Source of the DNA: Lama glama
Taxonomy: Eukaryota
Direction of reading: 5' to 3'
DNA length: 64,000 nt
Assembly (NCBI GenBank): GCA_028534125.1
Contig: CM052816.1
Location: 59,522,001 to 59,586,000 of the forward strand
Below, piece by piece: positions 61,255 through 64,000 of the stretch (position 1 is its first letter; each line of letters begins with the position of its first letter). Below the pieces are notes generated by a model. That model saw nothing but the letters and a program-made list of their open reading frames with translations, was not told the origin of the DNA and searched no databases. The position numbers were made by a program, and so were the translations under genes.

Positions 61255-61754
61255 NNNNNNNNNNNNNNNNNNNNNNNNNNNNNNNNNNNNNNNNNNNNNN
61301 NNNNNNNNNNNNNNNNNNNNNNNNNNNNNNNNNNNNNNNNNNNNNNNNNNNNNNNNNNNNNNNNNNNNNNNNNNNNNNNNNNNNNNNNNNNNNNNNNNNN
61401 NNNNNNNNNNNNNNNNNNNNNNNNNNNNNNNNNNNNNNNNNNNNNNNNNNNNNNNNNNNNNNNNNNNNNNNNNNNNNNNNNNNNNNNNNNNNNNNNNNNN
61501 NNNNNNNNNNNNNNNNNNNNNNNNNNNNNNNNNNNNNNNNNNNNNNNNNNNNNNNNNNNNNNNNNNNNNNNNNNNNNNNNNNNNNNNNNNNNNNNNNNNN
61601 NNNNNNNNNNNNNNNNNNNNNNNNNNNNNNNNNNNNNNNNNNNNNNNNNNNNNNNNNNNNNNNNNNNNNNNNNNNNNNNNNNNNNNNNNNNNNNNNNNNN
61701 NNNNNNNNNNNNNNNNNNNNNNNNNNNNNNNNNNNNNNNNNNNNNNNNNNNNNN
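61255..61754. other. Assembly gap (500 N)
   Basis: N run. Confidence 1.
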
Positions 61755-64000
61755 AAGTTTCAGAGACAAAAAACAAGATAATGCTGTCGGGCCAGGGAAC
61801 CGGATGGTGCTGGCAGGAGAGTAGTGGCCCTGCCTGGGGGTCCTGCCGGTTGTTTTCATGGGGCTTCCCACCTCAATTCAAGGCCTCTGGTCCTGGGCAA
61901 AGCACACACTTGCTCTGTATCCTTAAAGGCACCACTTAGTTCCTAACCATGTTTGGTTCAGCACACATTTAAGAAACTTGCTCAAACCTATTCATCTTAT
62001 TACAGCTATCCTTAGTGTCTGGGAGCCAACACTCTTCTAATTGTCTGGAGCTCTATGATCTTTGTCCAATTAACATACACAAAGTTTTAAGAACTTTTTA
62101 TTGATGGAAAATATGACTCATGGTGGTTTGCTATATACTGTATTGTTCTGAGGTCCTGTTACCCAAAGATCTTAAGTTCCTTAGGAGTACCTGGGTTCTA
62201 ATGGCTTTTTTCTACTATTGGTCCATAAATAGAAAGTGCATTTATTTTTGCCATAGAAAGTTTTTCTTAAATCATGAGTTTCAACTCTAGAGAAAGAAAG
62301 AGTTTCATGATAGCCAGAAGACAGGTCCAGAACTGGAAGAATTTTTGAGTGTCTTTGATGAAAGCCTCCACCCCCACCTGGCTCCCTCTACTCACAACAA
62401 AATGAGGGAATCTTTTGACCCTGCGGGTGCCAGAGAGAAATCATAATGTTTCCCTTGACTTGCCATTCCACTTACTTTGAACAGAGGCCACGAACAGGGC
62501 AAATAAAAATGCTGCTGTTTAGACTCTCTTGCCTAGAGCAGGAAATAGATCTACTCAATGGAACTTCTGCCCACGGAATTGAGCATTGCTGCTGAACAGT
62601 ACATGGATAAGAAGCGAGATGAGTGGGCACAGTCAAGCCTTGGTCATTCAAGCACTGGCTCTGCAAAGTACGAACTAGCTGAATCCCAGTTTCCCCTCCT
62701 CCTCCAAGTGGCTGACTTTCAGCTACAGATCCCAACAATTTCTTCCAAGTTCATACTTCTTCCTTGAAAGTTCTGACTGGGGAGAGGAAGAGCTTTTCCT
62801 AAAGCTGTCATGACTGAGTGTATCCTTTTAGGGCTGAATTCAAATCTAATCTCTCCCAGGAGGCTTTTCCATCCCTTGAGCAGAATATCTAAATGCAATT
62901 GTTTAAAGTCTTTGCTAGAAGAGACCCAAGTCCTGTGTATTCAGTTTCTGGTACAGAGAAGTCCCTATTATGATTATTTGTGTGTATATACATTTTCTAT
63001 ACCAGAGTGTAAGCTTTTGCAGAAAGCAAACAGATTTGGGGGGAACTAAAATTGAGTGCTTAAAAAAAGGGGATTTTGTTAATAACTTCAGAGAGTAACT
63101 TTTTATTTCAGAAACTCTGTAGCTCACTAAGAGGCTGCCTACGAAGACTCTAGGCTAAATTTTTGGGGTTTGGAGGATGCTTCATCACACAAGTAGAGAA
63201 GAAGTGATCCCAGAAGTGTTTCTTCCACCCAGGGCAACGAGGGACGATTTTTTAGAATGTTGCTGGCAGGTCTGAGGAGAGAGTTTGTGTATTTTGTGTT
63301 ATTTTCTTGCTCCCTGAGAGCTGGTCCTGGTGTTTGTGTGTGTGTTTGAAGTCTGCACAGGAAGTTTGGGTTATGAGAGCCTCACTGCTAGATGAATTCC
63401 AAGTCCCTGGGAGCACGGGCCAAACCATGGGCCAAGAGCAGTGCAGAATGCTGGCCATTGTGTGAAAAAGTGGGGCAGGAGGGGAGGATGTGTCCTGGCT
63501 CAGTGGCAGGGAAGCCAATGGTTTGGGGTCTGGGAGGAAGATGGGTAAGAACACTGTGACAGGGCTATCATTTAGGATTTCCTTAGCTGGCAGAATCTGT
63601 CTAACCTCCAAGATACCTGGCCATGACCCAGTGTGGTAAGAACATTACTGTGAGAACCTGGACCACAGTCACTGTGGAAAAAGATGTTGCTTCATTGTGG
63701 AAAGATTTTTTACAATCTGCAATTTGCTATAGGCCAGCAATCCTCCCACTGACAGCCTTGAAAAAAATTAAAAATAGATTTAGAGTTTATGCATAATAAA
63801 AACTTTATGTGTTATAAAAATTGTTTCTCTGGGACTGCACTCTGATCCTTGTCTGAGCCACATCTTCTGGAGCTTGTGTTTGGTGATGTGTTGATTTAAT
63901 TTTCTAATCTATGCCAGATGAAATAAATACCTCTATTTTGGATCTGGTAACACAGAGTGGATGGCCAAAGGGATGTGTGATCAAAGGTTGTCCTCCCACG

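Noticed and set aside
1..64000. CRISPR arrays, operons or prokaryotic defence systems
   Set aside because: The sequence is mammalian and repeat-rich; there are no regularly spaced direct repeats with unique spacers and no gene-dense ORFs.

Overview
Mammalian non-coding DNA (large intron or gene desert), most likely from a camelid. The taxon call rests on two tRNA(Ala)-type SINEs of the camelid vic-1 kind plus artiodactyl-type L1 3' ends; I recognised no Alu, B1/B2, BovB/Bov-tA or PRE-1 elements. I can support no protein-coding gene, structural RNA gene or CRISPR array. The ORF track consists of L1 ORF2 remnants, chance ORFs and frames running through six fixed-length N gaps (2 x 100, 4 x 500 nt). 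The window is dominated by interspersed repeats: young and old L1, L2, L3, HAL1, MIR, MaLR/ERVL/ERV1 LTRs (including one complete LTR-internal-LTR MLT1 element) and hAT MITEs (MER5, MER20, MER58, MER91). All family names come from my recall of consensus sequences and need RepeatMasker/Dfam confirmation. I did not find a convincing new biological system. The best unexplained signals are (i) a CpG-retaining, apparently repeat-free block with an imperfect hairpin at ~7.65-8.3 kb, (ii) a 71-bp inverted repeat pair at 55.7/56.3 kb, (iii) a perfect 24-bp GC-rich inverted repeat inside an AT-rich satellite at 44.2-44.4 kb, and (iv) two segments bounded by good + strand splice signals that may be non-coding exons.
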